Source: Candidatus Omnitrophota bacterium (GTDB taxonomy: Bacteria; Omnitrophota; Gorgyraeia; Zapsychrales; JANLHA01). From it: a DNA stretch of 64,000 nt. A model generated the notes under the pieces. It saw nothing but the letters and a program-made list of their open reading frames with translations. It did not search any database and was not told the origin of the DNA. This document shows, in pieces, positions 62,958 through 64,000 of this stretch (positions are counted from its first letter, which is position 1; each line of letters opens with the position of its first letter). The DNA lies in the NCBI GenBank assembly GCA_020632535.1, contig JACKFJ010000003.1:230166-294165 (forward strand), in the 5' to 3' direction. A program made the position numbers and the translations under genes.

Positions 62958-63233
62958 ATGCCCCCAGAGACAGCGGCTAATCCACTAATTCAATTGGTTC
63001 CATTCGCATTGATGGCGGCTATTTTTTATTTCATCGTATTATTGCCAGAAAAAAAGAAACAAAAAGCGCACAAAGAAAAAATTTCGCAACTCAAAAAAAA
63101 TGACGCTGTTGTCACAGCCGGCGGCATTCATGGGACAGTTGTAAGTGTCAAAGATACCACACTTATTGTACGTATCGATGACAGTGTCAAAATTGAAGTT
63201 GATCGCGAAGCCATTACATCCGTCAAAGCCTAA
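62958..63233 (+). CDS. yajC: preprotein translocase subunit YajC
   Basis: LVPFALMAAIFYFIVLLPEKKKQK...GGIHGTVVSV typical of YajC; ATG at 62958 preceded by GGAGA (the track start is TTG at 62940). Confidence 0.85.
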   Translation: MPPETAANPLIQLVPFALMAAIFYFIVLLPEKKKQKAHKEKISQLKKNDAVVTAGGIHGTVVSVKDTTLIVRIDDSVKIEVDREAITSVKA

Positions 63234-63264
63234 CGACCACCCCGCATTATAAAAGGAAGAGTGC

Positions 63265-64000
63265 ATGAGTAAGCAATTGCAGTTTCGAATTTTTGTAGTT
63301 TTAGCCTCCATAGCCGCGTCTTTATATTTTACATTCCCGCTTGAAAAGCGAATCAATTTGGGTCTTGATCTTAAAGGCGGCATGCACCTTGTCCTGAGAG
63401 TCGAATTAGAAAAAATCACTGAAGAAGCCAAAAAAGACGCTGTTGTCCGCGCCATCGAAATTTTACGCAATCGTATCGATAGCTTAGGATCCGGTGAAAC
63501 GGTTATTCAACGTCAAGGCGAAGACCAAATCATTGTTCAACTTCCGGGTGTCACGGATCGACAAAAAGCTTTAAACATGATCGGTCAAGTCGCGCAACTC
63601 GAGTTTTCGCTTGTTAATGATGATCCCGCGCTTCTTCGCGAAGCCCTTGCCGGCAAAATTCCCGAAGGCTACGATCTTAAATATGTCAAAGGCAAAGGGA
63701 GTCCTGTTCTTCTTGATAAAAGTATTTCCGTTAAGGGAGAAGGCATTAGTGACGCGCGCGTAGACATGTCCGCAAACGGATTTATGGAGCCGCATATTGC
63801 CTTAACATTTAATGCCAAAGGCGCCAAAGATTTTGCCGATTTAACTCGTAAACACGTTGGCGAACAATTAGCCATCGTTCTTGATGGCGAAGTCCTTTCG
63901 CACCCAAATATTCAAGAAGCGATTTTAGACGGCCACGCTCAAATCACCGGCCAATTTACATTTGATGAAGCGTCGTTATTAGCTTTGTCCTTACGATCCG
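63265..64000 (+). CDS. secD: protein translocase subunit SecD (5' part, runs off the window end)
   Basis: Own translation from ATG at 63265: MSKQLQFRIFVVLASIAASLYFTFPLEKRINLGLDLKGGMHLVLRVE...RNRIDSLGSGETVIQRQGEDQIIVQLPGV...AQLEF. Not in the ORF track because there is no stop before the window end. Confidence 0.85.
   Translation, partial: MSKQLQFRIFVVLASIAASLYFTFPLEKRINLGLDLKGGMHLVLRVELEKITEEAKKDAVVRAIEILRNRIDSLGSGETVIQRQGEDQIIVQLPGVTDRQKALNMIGQVAQLEFSLVNDDPALLREALAGKIPEGYDLKYVKGKGSPVLLDKSISVKGEGISDARVDMSANGFMEPHIALTFNAKGAKDFADLTRKHVGEQLAIVLDGEVLSHPNIQEAILDGHAQITGQFTFDEASLLALSLRS

Overview
All calls come from reading the sequence and the supplied ORF translations; no database or covariance-model search was run. 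The window is a gene-dense, AT-rich bacterial chromosome segment. It is almost entirely coded on the + strand, with only two CDSs on the - strand. I cannot assign a taxon.

Part 1 (1-27.7 kb) is housekeeping and biosynthesis:
- pterin genes folE, an SDR and folB
- an RlpA-like protein
- fabG-acpP-fabF
- an isopropylmalate/tartrate dehydrogenase-family gene, asd and truA
- rplM-rpsI
- an unbroken argC-argJ-argB-argD-argF-argG-argH-lysA-dapF-dapA-dapB-dapL run
- folK, panC, nadX, a small very basic tandem-repeat protein and uvrA

Part 2 (27.7-47.3 kb) is the block most worth attention. Its genes, in order:
- a secreted 830-aa TPR protein
- ExbB/TolQ-like and ExbD/TolR-like proteins; the ExbD-like protein has Asn where the conserved membrane Asp is expected
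- a 144-aa TonB/TolA-like membrane anchor without a C-terminal domain
- a membrane zinc-ribbon protein and a PilX-like protein
- an MSHA/T2SS-type pilus machine: a PilM-PilN fusion, PilO-like, PilP/GspB-like, secretin, a GspE/MshE ATPase carrying both MshEN c-di-GMP-binding motifs, and a GspF platform protein
- a TMTC-like GT-C/TPR glycosyltransferase
- four prepilin genes preceded by a structured leader that resembles a c-di-GMP-I (GEMM-I) aptamer followed by a terminator
- on the - strand, a second TMTC-like paralog and an ICMT-like membrane methyltransferase fusion

No prepilin peptidase and no PilT-type retraction ATPase is present in the window.

Part 3 (47.4-64 kb):
- tRNA-Ala(CGC), rsmE and a third GT-C/TPR glycosyltransferase
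- recA-htrA-recX and alaS
- hisD-hisB-hisH-hisA-hisF-hisI
- a small membrane protein, trpE, rpsP, yajC and the 5' part of secD

Two families of intergenic palindromic elements are scattered between co-directional genes:
- an ~75-bp two-hairpin MITE/REP-like element, five copies
- a GC-rich ~120-130-bp element, five copies in two subtypes; its stems differ between copies in a compensatory way while internal core blocks are conserved

These elements cause several N-terminal over-extensions in the ORF track (alaS, lysA, folK, trpE).
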